Source of the DNA: Octopus vulgaris
Lineage: Eukaryota
Assembly (NCBI GenBank): GCA_951406725.2
Contig: OX597823.1
Span: forward strand, 77,810,001 to 77,874,000
Direction: 5' to 3'
DNA: 64,000 nucleotides
Shown: one piece after another, positions 1 through 11,847 of the stretch
Position numbering within the stretch: the first letter of the stretch is position 1
Layout of the letters: every line of letters starts with the position of its first letter
Made by a program: the position numbers and the translations under genes
The notes under the pieces: generated by a model
Told to the model about the DNA's origin: nothing
The model's input: the letters and a program-made list of their open reading frames with translations, nothing else
Database searches by the model: none

Positions 1-235
1 TTAAGTTAACCTCATGAAGGGATGGTTTCATCAAAGGAAATACTGGTTCAATACATATTTGGGGGGAATTCATTTCCTTAAAATAATACGTATATATGAA
101 AACATGTAGTTTATATTCTTTAGTATTTCAAGATATTTTTATGTAATTTTGATAAATATATCTGTTAAAATGAAATGTCAGTGTTATTTTCATTTTTGCA
201 TAATTTAGATGACAGTTTATTCACTGCACCCTGTA
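1..235 (+). mobile_element. Probable right end of a Tc1/mariner-type DNA transposon remnant
   Basis: Ends in CACCCTG followed by TA (227-235), the reverse complement of the TA-CAGGGTG terminus common in Tc1/mariner elements. The other end is outside the window. Confidence 0.35.
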
Positions 236-1962
236 TATTTACATATATATAAGGTCCAACCATGCTAGCATGGAAAGCGGACGTTAAATGATGACATTTT
301 TACATTTTACACATAAGGTAGACTCTCCTGTTGTAAATGACTGATGAAGGCTCCACACCTTCATGTCTTTACTTTGATTATTAAGTTGAGTACTGGTTTG
401 TTGAGTAGCAATCTTGAGTAGGTTTCTGCTTTTTATTGTGGGAAGCAAACCCTACCTAGCTATGTGCTGTATATCTAATCTATCTCTCTACGTGTGTGGA
501 GCTTATATATATCTATCTATACATATATGTTTATGGAGAGAGAGAGAGAGAGAGAGGGATACACATATATATACACACACATCAATAAGGAGAAATTTGA
601 TTATTCTAGCGAATCACTTCGAATTCTTGATTATTTTTGAAAATAAATGGAGACACAGGCAGAGGATCGTATTTAAAGATATAATCAAGGAAGGGAGTTA
701 ATCACTCAACAAGTTCATTATAATCATTGGAAGGGAGTTAATTGCTTAACACGTCCTCTGTAAACGCTCGATTTTAATTCTAATGTATTTAGAATGAATA
801 AACAAATAAATAAATAATAAATTAATTAATACTTCACTTCTTTCTTCTACAATTTTTTAAAAAATAATTGTTTATTTCTATTACAAAAAAAATTTTAAAG
901 ATACAAAATAGAAACAACACAACAAAAAGTCACTAGATTTAATTTTGCCAATTTTACAAAGAGCGTGCATAACTTCAACATCAGCCTAGGAATCTTGGAA
1001 TTTTCAACCAATTATTTAGAAAACGCAATTCGATTCATAGACCTCCCGCTTCCATTGCTCTCTGTTTCTTGTTCATAGGTGTCAGGACTGTAAAAGTTGT
1101 TGCTCCTTTTCTTTTTTCATTTTGTTTTTTCTTCCAATTAATTTATTTATTCGTTAAAAAAATTTTTTTTTCAATGGCAGAGTGAAATAATGTGATGGAA
1201 AGTATTTATCATTAGTGGAAATCACTTTATTGTTTTGTGGGAGTGGAGAGAGAGAGTGAAAAAAAATATTAAATTTAAAATAAAAATATTTGAGAAAAGT
1301 GTCGATAATAATGTGTATATGTATGCAAAAAAAATCTATATCAATGGTTATATGTGTATAAATAAATGTGTGTGTGTGCATGAGAGAGACAGACAGACAG
1401 ACAGAGTGTGGGTGTACGTGTGTTTGTGTGTGTATATGTGTGTATGCGTGTGTAGGAGTGTGCATATATGTCTGTTCATGTCTGGATGAATTTGTTTGCT
1501 TTGCTTGTTTTTATTTTTGTCTTTTTATTTTTTTTCCAACTTAATTCAATGAAAATTCAAATGAGAAAATAAGAAAATGAAAAAAACCAAAAAAGAAAAC
1601 AATAATAACTAGTAAAACCAGTAGCAACAGTTACAGCCAAGTTAACTCAAGATGGCAGTATTTGTAATAGTGAGGATTAACGAAGTCTTAACAGTTGTTT
1701 CGCTTATTTATTTATTTTTTGGCTTTTTATTCTGGCAAGTGTGAAAGTCATTTAGTCAAACTCAATACTTCTTTGGTACATGTAGCCTCATATAACACTG
1801 ATTCAATTATCACTGATCTGAGATAACATAGTATGCTCAATTGTGAACCACATTATGCTTATCAAGAACTGATCAGTGATAACACTGGTCTGCAATCAGT
1901 GAAGGATTTTATTTGTATAAAAGTGTGACCCAGTGACCACATATTTGTCATACAAAAGTGCT

Positions 1963-2328
1963 CATGGTCCGAGGTTCAGTCCCACCGCATGGTACTTTCG
2001 GCTAGTGTCTTCTACTATAGCTTCAGGCCTACCAAAGCTTTGTGAGTGGATTTGGTAGATGGAAACTGAAAGAAACCCGTTGTATATATATATATATGTA
2101 TATATCTATGTGTGTGTCTTTGTGTCAGTGCTTGTCCCCCAGCACTACTTTTCAACTGGTGTTGGTGTGTTTACATCCCCATAACTTGGTGATTCGGCAA
2201 AAGAGACTGATAGAATAAATATCAGGCTTTAAAAAATAGGTCCTGGGGTTGATTTGTTCGACTGAAACCCTTCAAGGCAGTGCCCCAGCATGGCCACAGT
2301 CAAAAGTGACTGAAACAAGTAAAAGATA
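1963..2328 (+). mobile_element. tRNA-derived SINE, family A (5'-truncated)
   Basis: Aligns to the full copies at 2747 and 56417: GGTTCAGTCCC B-box, GGATTTGGTAGAYGGAAACTGAAAGAA core, internal TA/TG tract, GAAACAAGTAAAAGA tail. Confidence 0.85.
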
Positions 2329-2424
2329 CAAGGGAAAAAATTGACCCAGATTACACTGAGTATTGCTTGTGTTTACATGGCCATGTAGTGAGGTAGCTTG
2401 TTTTTTTATATAAATTTATATGCT

Positions 2425-2655
2425 TGTTGCTTTGAGCTGGTCCTTGTACCTTCGAAGAGGATAACCCCCATGATTTTTTTTCCTAAAGTAATCTCTTTGA
2501 ATAAGACTTGGTGTGGAAATCATGAGTTTGCCTTTCTTGTTATATGTCCTGACCATCAAAGATAAAGTTTCATGATTTTATTCAGTGAGCTCGCTTCAGG
2601 AAATATACCACAGGGTTGCCCTCTTCAAAGATACAAAGACCAGAACAAAGCAACA
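2425..2655. mobile_element. MITE-like element with ~45-bp imperfect terminal inverted repeats
   Basis: TGTTGCTTTG..CTGGTCCTTGTACCTTCGAAGAGGATAACCC is matched in reverse complement by GGGTTGCCCTCTTCAAAGATACAAAGACCAG..CAAAGCAACA. Confidence 0.6.
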
Positions 2656-2746
2656 CTTTAAGCCAATAGAACTGAGCCTAAATCATTTGAAACACAAGCC
2701 TGAGACCATATCAAAGGAACCACAAACTTAAAAAGCCATCAGAAGA

Positions 2747-2911
2747 GGTGTAGGAGTGGCAGTGTGGTAAGTAGCTTGCTTACCAACCACATGGTTCCGG
2801 GTTCAGTCCCACTATGTGGCACCTAGGACAAGTGTCTTCTACTATAGCTTCAAGCTGACCAAAGCCTTGTGAGTGGATTTGGTAGACGGAAACTGAAAGA
2901 AGCCTGTTTTA

Positions 2912-2950
<39 letters not shown>

Positions 2951-3160
2951 TTGTGTGTCTGTGTTTGTCCTCCCAACATCACTTGACAACCGATGCTGGT
3001 ATGTTACGTCCCCATAACTTAGCGATCCGGCAAAAGAGACTGATAGAATAAGTACTAGGCTTACAAAGAATAAGTCCTGGGGTCGATTTGCTCAACTAAA
3101 GGCGATGCTCCAGCATGGCCACAGTCAAATGGCTGAAACAAGTAAAAGAGTAAAATAGAA
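2747..3160 (+). mobile_element. tRNA-derived SINE, family A (full length)
   Basis: A-box-like GTGGCAGTGTGG, B-box GGTTCAGTCCC, CORE-like CCTAGGACAAGTGTC, internal (TA)n, (GTAAAAGA)n tail. Many paralogs in the window. Confidence 0.9.
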
Positions 3161-3479
3161 GAGTAAAGGAAGAAATGAAATGAGAGGAGAGTAAGGCTTA
3201 ACAAACTCAGCCGCGACCTCCACCAACATTGCAAAGCGGTCACTTGCTGCTCTCTAACAACTTTGCTGACAGACCAACTTAAAATTCAGAAAATAGCAAA
3301 GTTTTTATGTCTACAACTGTGATTCCCAAATGATGAATGGGAGATGTTTAGCTCACTGTGAAAATATTAAAATTCTATTTTCGTAATATAAACTCTGTGC
3401 AACGTTGGCTAAAAGTTTTGTTGTACATACATGTACATGTGTGTGTGAGGAGGAGTGAATGTGAGTGTGTGTGTGTGTA

Positions 3480-3510
<31 letters not shown>

Positions 3511-3604
3511 TTGTATAAAGCTACGCATCACCATCATCATCATTATTGTCTTAATGTCTACTTTGCAATGCTCCCCTCTAAAAGAAGCCTGTCACATATA
3601 TGAA

Positions 3605-3795
3605 TGCGTAGCCGTATTTCGTCTGTCGTTACATTCTGAGTTCAAATTCCGCCAAGGTCGACTTTGCCTTTCATCCTTTCGGGGTCGATAAATTAAGTAC
3701 CAGTTTCTCACTGGGGTCGATGTAATCGACTTAATCCCTTTGTCTGTCTTTGTTTGTCCCCTCTGTGTTTAGCCCCTTGTGGGTAGTAAAGAAAT
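3605..3795 (+). mobile_element. SINE family B (5'-truncated)
   Basis: Near-identical to 16146-16380 (GAGTTCAAATTCCGCC..GACTTTGCCTTTCATCCTTTCGGGGTCGATAAATTAAGTACCAG). Confidence 0.9.
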
Positions 3796-3840
3796 ATATA
3801 TGAATGTATGTCTGTATGCTGTGTGTGTATGTGTGTTGTT

Positions 3841-4123
3841 CCTTCTCGAGCCAGGCTCATAAGGGCCGGTTTCCCAGTTTCCTTGGAATATAGGTTCCCC
3901 ACCTGGATGGGATGCCGGTACATCACAGGTGAGCTGCAAGATGCAGGAGGAAAGAGTGAGAGAAAGTTGTGGCAAAAGAGTCAGCAGAAGTTTGCCATTA
4001 ACTTCTACCGGAGCTGCATGGAGCTTAGGTGTTTCACTCATAAACACACACATCGCCCGGTCTGAGATTCGAACCTGCGATTCCTCGACCTCGAGTCCAC
4101 TGCTCTAACCACTAGGCTATGTG
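3841..4123 (-). mobile_element. tRNA(Arg)-like SINE, family D
   Basis: Minus strand reads CACATAGCCTAGTGGTTAGAGCAGTGGACTCG..GGTTCGAATC (A and B boxes, TCG anticodon-like loop). Paralogs at 11645 and 30935. Confidence 0.8.
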
Positions 4124-4144
4124 TTTCTACTGTGTGTGTGAGTG

Positions 4145-4770
4145 TAAGTTTTTGTGTCTGTGTTTGTCCCCTACCACTGCTTCACAACCAGTGTTGTTGT
4201 ATTTACATCCTTGTTGTAACTTAGCAGTTCAGCAAAAGATATCAATAGCATAAGTACCAGACTTTAAAAAAAAACCAATAAACAAGCACTAGGCACAGGA
4301 GTGGCTGTGTGGTAAGAAGCTTACTTCCCAACAACATGGTTTTGGGTTCAGTCCCACTGTGTGACATCTTGGGCAAGTGTCTTCCACTCTAGCCTCGAGC
4401 CAACCAAAGCTTTATGAGTAGATTTGGTAGATGGAAAACTGTTTGTGTGTGTGAATGTATGTATGTATTTGTGTGTCTGTGTGTGTCCCCCACCATCACT
4501 AGACAACTAATGTTGGTGCGTTTATGTCCCTGTAACTTAGCAGTTTGTCAAAAGAGTTTGACAGAAATAAGTACCAGGCTTACAAAGAAGAAGTCTTGGG
4601 GTCGATTTGTCCAACTAAAAGCTGGTGCTCCAGCATGGCCACAGTCAAATGACTGAAACAAGTAAAAGAATAAAAGAACAAAAGAACTAGGGGTTGATTC
4701 ATTCAACTAAAATTCTTCAAGATGATGCCCCAGCATGGCCACAGTCAAATGACTGAAACAAGTAAAAGTT
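4145..4770 (+). mobile_element. Nested family A SINEs: a full copy (4292-4680) inserted into an older copy
   Basis: The older 3' half stops at ~4290 and resumes at ~4686; ACTAGG is repeated at both junctions. Confidence 0.8.
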
Positions 4771-6919
4771 ACAAGACATGTCTATGTCTGCTTACAACAA
4801 CAAGAACTTAAAACAACTTGCAAAAATCATGGAACACATTATCAAGCCACTCACTTGTGGGTAACAGCCATGGAATTATATAAGTGAAATTTTATATTCT
4901 TAGTAAATGTCTGATTGCTATTGAATGGTGGTAAGCCATACTATAGCTAAACTGGTGGAACCTCTATTATAGAGGTTTTCCAAAAGCTTTTCTTTTCCAG
5001 TTAACTCCTGGCAACCATTTTGAAAGTGAATTTTCCTCCTATCTGTTTTGTTCAATAAATTGAGTTTAGACTTTTACCACAATAAAACAACTGACAAATA
5101 GAAATTTAAAATAGTGTTTTTAAACATTATTAAGTTCAACTAACGATAACAATAAAAATAGTACATAACAATGTTATTTCTCTTATTCACTTATTTATGA
5201 ACTAATGGGGAACAGATAGTAGAACAAAACAGTCTGCTGAATTAGACTACTCCATTAGCAATAAAATAAATAGATAGATAAATAAATAAATTTAAAAAAA
5301 TAAATATGTAAATAAATAAAAAATTGAAGTCAACAATAGAGATCATTAAATCCAAAGTGATTAGACAGAAAAAAATTAAGTTTTTCACCTACTTCAAATT
5401 TTCTTCTCAGTGTCAAATTTTTTTTTAAATTATAATTGCTAAAGATAAAATATGTATAAATTCATAATCAGTAAATTTACTTCCTAGATAGGCAAAAGGC
5501 AAAATTTGTCTATCTAGGAATTCTCTCCAATGTGGCGTGAATTGACCTCACATTTGGGTACCCTGATCTATACAGTTTTTAAAATTGCACCACTCAAACT
5601 TAAAAAGGAAACAAATTGTGTAACCAAGTTACAACTTCAAAAATGAAAAGAATGTCTTTAGTCATAAGTCTGGGGTTTATGATTAACAAACTTCAAACAT
5701 CTCACTCCAATTTATTTGTTTTAAATAATAAAAAAGACCAAACGTTCTTCCCAAGTCATTGTTCATAAGGATAGGATGCTAGTTATATCACAGAGTAACT
5801 TGAAATGAAGTGTTTTGCTCAAGAACACAATGTATCGCACAGTTCAGGAATTGAAACCAAAATCTTATGAATCATAGATGCAACACCCTAAAAACTAAGC
5901 CCTGTGTCTCCACAATAGTTGCAAACAGGTTTGATAAAGATAAACTGGAATATTAGTTTTTGGGTTTTTTTTAAAATTTCATTATGAAGCATACCTCTGC
6001 CTGCCCAAGTCTTCAAATTTGGTCATATTTAATTGTAGAATTTATTATTAAACCCAAAGTTAGACCTGGTCAAACAAATCTATGATAAAAATGTTTGAGT
6101 TGTGACTATCCTCTGTGTTTTTTTATCTATCTTTATTGTTATATGGTCTACATTATTCAGTATATCCTTCCTTTTTTTTAAGATAAAACATTTAGCTACT
6201 ACTTTTACCTGATCAAGTTATCACATAGAGGTTGTCCTGTTGATGCGAAATTTAATAGTTTGTAATGTAAAAACTCATCCAGAGACTCTGGTTTTCATAT
6301 CCAAAGTGAATGTCTTCAGTGAGGTCTCGGTGACCTAACGGGTTACAGAATAATTAATTTTGAAAATATAAATTGACTTTCTGTTATAATTAACAATACA
6401 AACAAGTTAGCTGCTTTTTCACCTTTTATTTTTGATAATGAGTTGGACTGCTTAGATTCAGATTACTTTCATTTTCAACAAATTCTGCAGTAGTTAACAT
6501 TTTAATGAAAATATTTGCTTTTTATGGTTTTAAATATTTGCAATTTGTAGTTGTAGCTTTTTCTCCAGGGTATTAGCCTGAGCAAAGATATAAAGAAATT
6601 GGTTTGTCCAAAAATAAGAACCACCCTGTAATTTTTACTAGTAATATTCAAATGAAAGGTAGTACAATACAATAGGTCACTGTTATAGTTGACCTTTTTG
6701 GGCATCAGCCAGAGTATACATACATACATATATATAAAATAAACTTGGAAATGGATGCATGGTGTTCAATCATATAATAATATAAATAATACATATATAT
6801 ATATATGCATATATACATACATATATGTACATACTTACATATATATGTGTGTGTGTGTATATGTAATATATATAGATAGATAGATATAGATATAGATATA
6901 GATATATGCATATATAAAT

Positions 6920-7540
6920 ACAGGACATCACAAAACGTAAACAACATGAAATATGAAAACAACATGAATTACAAAATATGTATATATTATGAAATATGAA
7001 GGCAAACTTAGGTATGCAAACAACAAGAAAAGCAAGTGGAAAACCAGACAAGTAACATAAAGAACGACCCTTCATCAGTTGTCGGCTATTCATCTACTCC
7101 ATACTTTGAACAATTAATGACAATATGAGGCTTCAAAAAAATAGTTGTTCCCGTGAACCAAACTGAAAATTTGGGATTTGTGGAATGTCAAAGTTGGTAA
7201 CAAAAACAGGACAGTGGAGACATTCAACAAACCAAAAGGAAACAAACGTGGAGGGCCATTAGGCCAGATGAGGTAAGGTAGCGAATGCTGGATGAATATT
7301 CTTTGACAAGAGAAAAGGTAAGAGAGGAGATAGATAAGAATGTATCAGGTCTGTGTGACAGACTGAAGGAAAAGAAAGATGATCACACGAGGAAAAGAAA
7401 GATGGACGATGGTCACATGTGTGCAGTGAGAGAGAGTAAAGGAGTAAGAGGGAGAGAGAGACAGACAGATAGAAAACAGTGAAGGGAGAGAAAAAGAATA
7501 AATGAGAAATATATATTTGAAAGAATGAGTTAGCCATCTC
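6920..7540 (-). mobile_element. Degenerate interspersed repeat, possibly Penelope-related
   Basis: Purine-biased plus strand next to a (TA)n tract; minus strand carries GACAA-CTGATGA-AGGG. Classification is inference only. Confidence 0.3.
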
Positions 7541-7698
7541 TACTCATTCTTTCAAGTATATATAATACTGTACAAAGAACTTCCTCTTTATTATTCTAAC
7601 ATACACACACACACACACACACACACATAAATATTCACCAATGAGAATGAGTGCTCAACACCACTTTGATGGATAGAAATTTTTTATTTGTGTATTGA

Positions 7699-7841
7699 GG
7701 CAACCATTAGTTTCATGTTAAGAAATATCTCAGGAATTCTTCAGGCCAATCATAGAAAACTTGGAGGCAAACACCAATTATTCTATATGATTGGTTTGAA
7801 GAAGTGTTGAGATATTTCTTAACATGAAACCAGTGGTAGCC
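7699..7841. repeat. Fold-back/MITE-like inverted repeat with ~65-bp arms
   Basis: GTTTCATGTTAAGAAATATCTCA pairs with TGAGATATTTCTTAACATGAAAC, with further pairing inward (CCAATCATA/TATGATTGG). Confidence 0.75.
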
Positions 7842-7844
7842 GTA

Positions 7845-8432
7845 ACCATGGTCTATGCCAGTGTCACATAACCAGCCCATTTAAGAGTACCCTTCAATCA
7901 TTGGGTAATAAACTGTGCTTCAGAAGACCTGTTGAGTGAAGTGCAATCATTGTTGTGGCCAATGCCTGTACTGCCTGACAGGCACCCGTGCTAGTGAAAT
8001 GTTTAAAACACCACTCGAGCAAGGTTGAAGCCAGTCCCACTGGATTGGCTCCTGTGCCGGTGGTCTGTAAAATACACCATATGAATGCGGTCGATACCCG
8101 TGCTGCCTGACTGGTCCTATGCCAATGCACATAAAAAGCACCATTCGAGCATGGTCAGTGCCAGTGTCACCTTCCTGACTCTCATGCTGGTGGAACGTAA
8201 AGAGCACCATCTGAGCATGGCCATTGCCAGTGTTGCTTGACTGGCCCACATGCCTGTGATACATAAAAAGCACCTGCTACACTCTCAGAGTGGTTGGCAT
8301 TAGGAAGAACATCCAGCTGTAGAAACCTTGCCAGATCAGATTGGAGACTGATGGAGCCATCTGGCTTGCCAATCCTCAGTCAAATCGTCCTACCCATGCC
8401 AGCATGGAAAGCAGACGTTAAACGATGATGAT
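7845..8432 (+). mobile_element. SINE family E, with internal TAAAA(A)GCACC subrepeats and (GAT)n tail
   Basis: The 3' end CCCATGCCAGCATGGAAAGCAGACGTTAAACGATGATG recurs at ~255-295, 10040-10110, 22830-22870 and 47670-47710. Confidence 0.75.
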
Positions 8433-8945
8433 ATACAAACACATGATGAACTTCTTTCTGTTTCCATCTACCAAGTCAACGCACTAAGCTTTGGTTAGCC
8501 AGGGGCTATAGAAAAAGACACTTGGCTAGGTGCTACGCTGTGGGAATGAACCTAGAAGCAAGTGGTTAGAAGCAAACGTCTTGCAACACAACCACACCTA
8601 AGTTCTGTTACTGAGGTGACATAATTAGTACTGGCAGTGGGGTTAAAGGTATCATAGTAACTAGGATTTGAAAATAGATTTAAAATCATAGGAACTATTA
8701 TTCCTGTTGGAAATGTCATTTCCTTTCGCTAGATATAAAAAGAAATCTGGTTAGACGAATATGTGAGAATTTTGTTGGTAACAAGATAATGAAAATGAAT
8801 TCTGGGTATGTGATTATTAATACAGACCCAATTAAGTAAGGCCTATTGGATATTCAATGTCTGGTTCCAAGAAAGATTGACTGCATTCTGTAGAAGCAAT
8901 GCAGCTGGTGTGAATAGATGATGCCAATAGATATTATATTCTGTG

Positions 8946-9480
8946 TTTAAAACTTTGGCATTTAAACCAAAGGCACGTGGCTTAGTGGTTAGGGTATTCG
9001 GTTCACAATCATAAGGTTGTGAGTTCAATTCCCAGTGATATATTGTGTTCTTAAGCAAGACACTTTATTTCATGTTGTTCCAGTCCACTCAACTGACAAA
9101 AATGAGTAGTACCTGAATTTCAAAGGGCCAGCCTTAAATTTCTCTGAGAACTACATTAAGTGTATGTGTGTATGTCTGTGGAGTACTCAGTCACTTGCAC
9201 GTTAATTTCATTGAATTGGATCAACTGGAACTCTCATCATTGTAACTGATGTACTGCCAGTTATTTAAACTGACCATATCGGGCTCGAATATTCTATCTG
9301 CTTTATATTCAGACCAGTCAGTCCTGGCCTCTCACACCTACCTTAGAATATCATTCTGGAAATAAGCAATCATATCATAAAAATTACACAGCCATACAAT
9401 AATGCATGATTAATTCAAAGCAATATGAATAAATGAGCATTTTTTTTTCTCACAAAGTAATCAGAATGGTAAAGGTTTAA
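8946..9480. mobile_element. TTAA-bounded piggyBac-like MITE interrupted by a family C SINE
   Basis: Ends TTAAAACTTTGGCATT and AATGGTAAAGGTTTAA are imperfect inverted repeats. ATTTAAAC is duplicated on both sides of the nested SINE. Confidence 0.55.
8971..9261 (+). mobile_element. tRNA-derived SINE, family C
   Basis: GGCACGTGGCTTAGTGGTTAGG A-box, GAGTTCAATTCC B-box, core TTGTGTTCTTAAGCAAGACACTTTATTTCATGTTGTTCCAGTCCACTCA. Paralogs at ~5780, 10822, 45620, 48805 and 61610. Confidence 0.85.
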
Positions 9481-10821
9481 AAGATGGCCAAATTTTGGTG
9501 TTGGAAAACAGGCACCTAAAAACCTAACCACATTGTTTCAGATTCAGTTTCACTGAGTTACATCTTGGGTATGTGTCTACTTATATAGGCCTTAGCTGAC
9601 CAAATATTAATGAATGGATATGGTAGATGGAAACTGAAAGAAGCTTATCATATATATATAAAATATAAATTAGAGATAAAACCGCTATTATACACTATTA
9701 TGTATTGGTTTATGTCTATCAATGTTTGAGTTGCATAATAGTGGTTTTATCTCTAATATATATTTTATATATCTAAACTGGGAAATTTGATTTAATACAT
9801 ATACATATATATATATATAAAAATGTGTGTGTGTTTATTTGTGTCTTTTTGTCACATCATGTGATAGTTGCAAGTGGGTGTTACTGTCATATGAACAGTT
9901 TTATTCACTTTCAGTATGGCATGAAAACATGTCTGGCCTTGGGGAAATATTACTGGATGGTGAAACAGGTGAGGAGTGGGGGTGACAGGAAGAGCATCCA
10001 ACCATAGGAAATATACCTCTCTCTTAAAAAAACTATACCCAACCAATGAAAGCATGGAAAAGTGTACATTAAAACAATGATGGTGATGATGATGATGATG
10101 ATGATGACAACGACATAACCACCAGGCATCACTAATGAGTTGATATAAAAATCAAGATGCCTGAAAAGATGATTTAGTTCATTTCAATCAAACTGTGCAA
10201 ATATGGAGAAAGATGGATGCTGAAACAATGATGATGATGATGATGATGATGATGATAATTGTGATGATTAGGACAATAAATATATGAACTACACAAGATA
10301 TGAACTGGTTTGAAGAATTACATTTTTCTTTTATTTTTTCTTTCATAACTGGAAAGTAATAGTTCAATGTTTAATGTGTCATAGACTGCCTGAAAAACAT
10401 TTCATTAATAACTTCTCATCATCACCATAAGTACCTCAGTGAGAGATGTAATATTACTAACATAAAATTAGAGGCTGCTATATTTCATAAATGCAAATTC
10501 ATAAACAGCTGCTCTTTAATATTTAATAACTCTTTCTGTAACAAGACTTGCTTCAGAAACTGGGTAAACTGTATTAATAGTTTTTATATGTTCACTAGGT
10601 TATCAGTTTTCGTATATATAAACAGACTATATTTAAATGTCTACAGCCAACAGCTATATATCTTTCTTGTGTTACAAACAATTAAATATTCCAGTTTTCT
10701 TCCGTCTTGGAAATATTTTGGTACTATCTAATATCCGTTGAGCTTTCCTTTTCTTTTCTTAGAGTCTGACATTGCTCTATAAGTTTTCAAAGTTAATTAA
10801 ATTAAAAATATATAAAAATAA

Positions 10822-11068
10822 ATGCGCCCTTTTTTTAAAGCCTAGCCAGGCTCACGGGCCTAGTTTCCCAGTTTCTATGGCATATTCCCAAGCTGGATGG
10901 GATGCCAGTCCATCACAGCATTACTCATTTTTGCCAGCTGAGTGGACTGGAGTAACAGGAAATGAGGTGTTTTGCTCAGGAACACAACACGTCGCCCAGT
11001 CCAGGAATCAAAACCACAATCTTACGATCATGATGCTGACATCCTAACCACTAAGCCATGTGTCTCCA
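10822..11068 (-). mobile_element. tRNA-derived SINE, family C head with family D-type tail
   Basis: Head and core match 8971; tail AGCCTAGCCAGGCTCACGGGCC matches the ends of the family D copies. Confidence 0.8.
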
Positions 11069-11644
11069 CAAATCAAAAATATAACACTTTTTAATTTGCT
11101 TCTATGGCTTGTTGCACCTAACAATGAACTGGTATGATAAGAGGAGTATGATTTACCAGCATAAAAAGCAAATGTGAGTTTAACAAGATCAATGCATTAG
11201 TTTGCAACATTGACAAATAAGATAGGACAGAACTCTCATCAACACACACACATATATGTATGTCTATGTGTTCCCCCTGTCACCATATGACAACTGATGC
11301 TGGTTTGTTTATTTCCCCATAACTTAGTGCTTCAGCTAAAAAAGACCAATAGAATATGATCCAGGCTTAAATATAAATAATGGAGTTCATTTCCAGTGAT
11401 TGAAACAACACACACACATGCACGCAGGCAAACATTGTTAACTCTTCTATGTCTTGCAGTCACTAGTAGCAGTGGTATGAAGGTGGCCATGTGCTGTAAC
11501 AGCACATCATTGCAGCCAACGTTTGTTGGCAATTTGCTACTCTTAGCAGATGAAATCTTTGCACCAGTTAGGCAATATTCCTCCAGCCCATGGGCCTGTT
11601 TGGGTAGTTGTTACTGGTGAGAGTTTTCCTATTTTTATCTATTT

Positions 11645-11847
11645 AGCCAGGCTCATGGGCCCGGTTTCTGTGGCGTATGTATTCCCCCCAGAAACAGGAA
11701 GAAAGAGTGAGAGAAAGTTGGGGTGAAAGAGTACAACAGAGTACACCACACTGCCGGAGCCTCGTGGAGCTTTAGGTGTTTTCACTCAATAAACACTACA
11801 CCCGGTCTGGGAATTGAAGCCGCGATCCTCCGACTGCGAGTCCGCTA
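11645..11847 (-). mobile_element. SINE family D
   Basis: Homologous to 3841-4123 and 30935-31192. Confidence 0.8.

Noticed and set aside
339-365. CTGATGA as a hammerhead core
   Set aside because: Followed by a small hairpin but no GAAA box or stem I.
3841-4123. Genuine tRNA genes in SINE heads
   Set aside because: A and B boxes are present but there is no complete acceptor stem, and the heads continue into multi-copy SINE bodies.
10670-10780. Minus-strand frame KKRKAQRILDSTKIFPRRKKTGIFNCL* as a terminal exon
   Set aside because: No good in-phase acceptor and no recognisable homolog.
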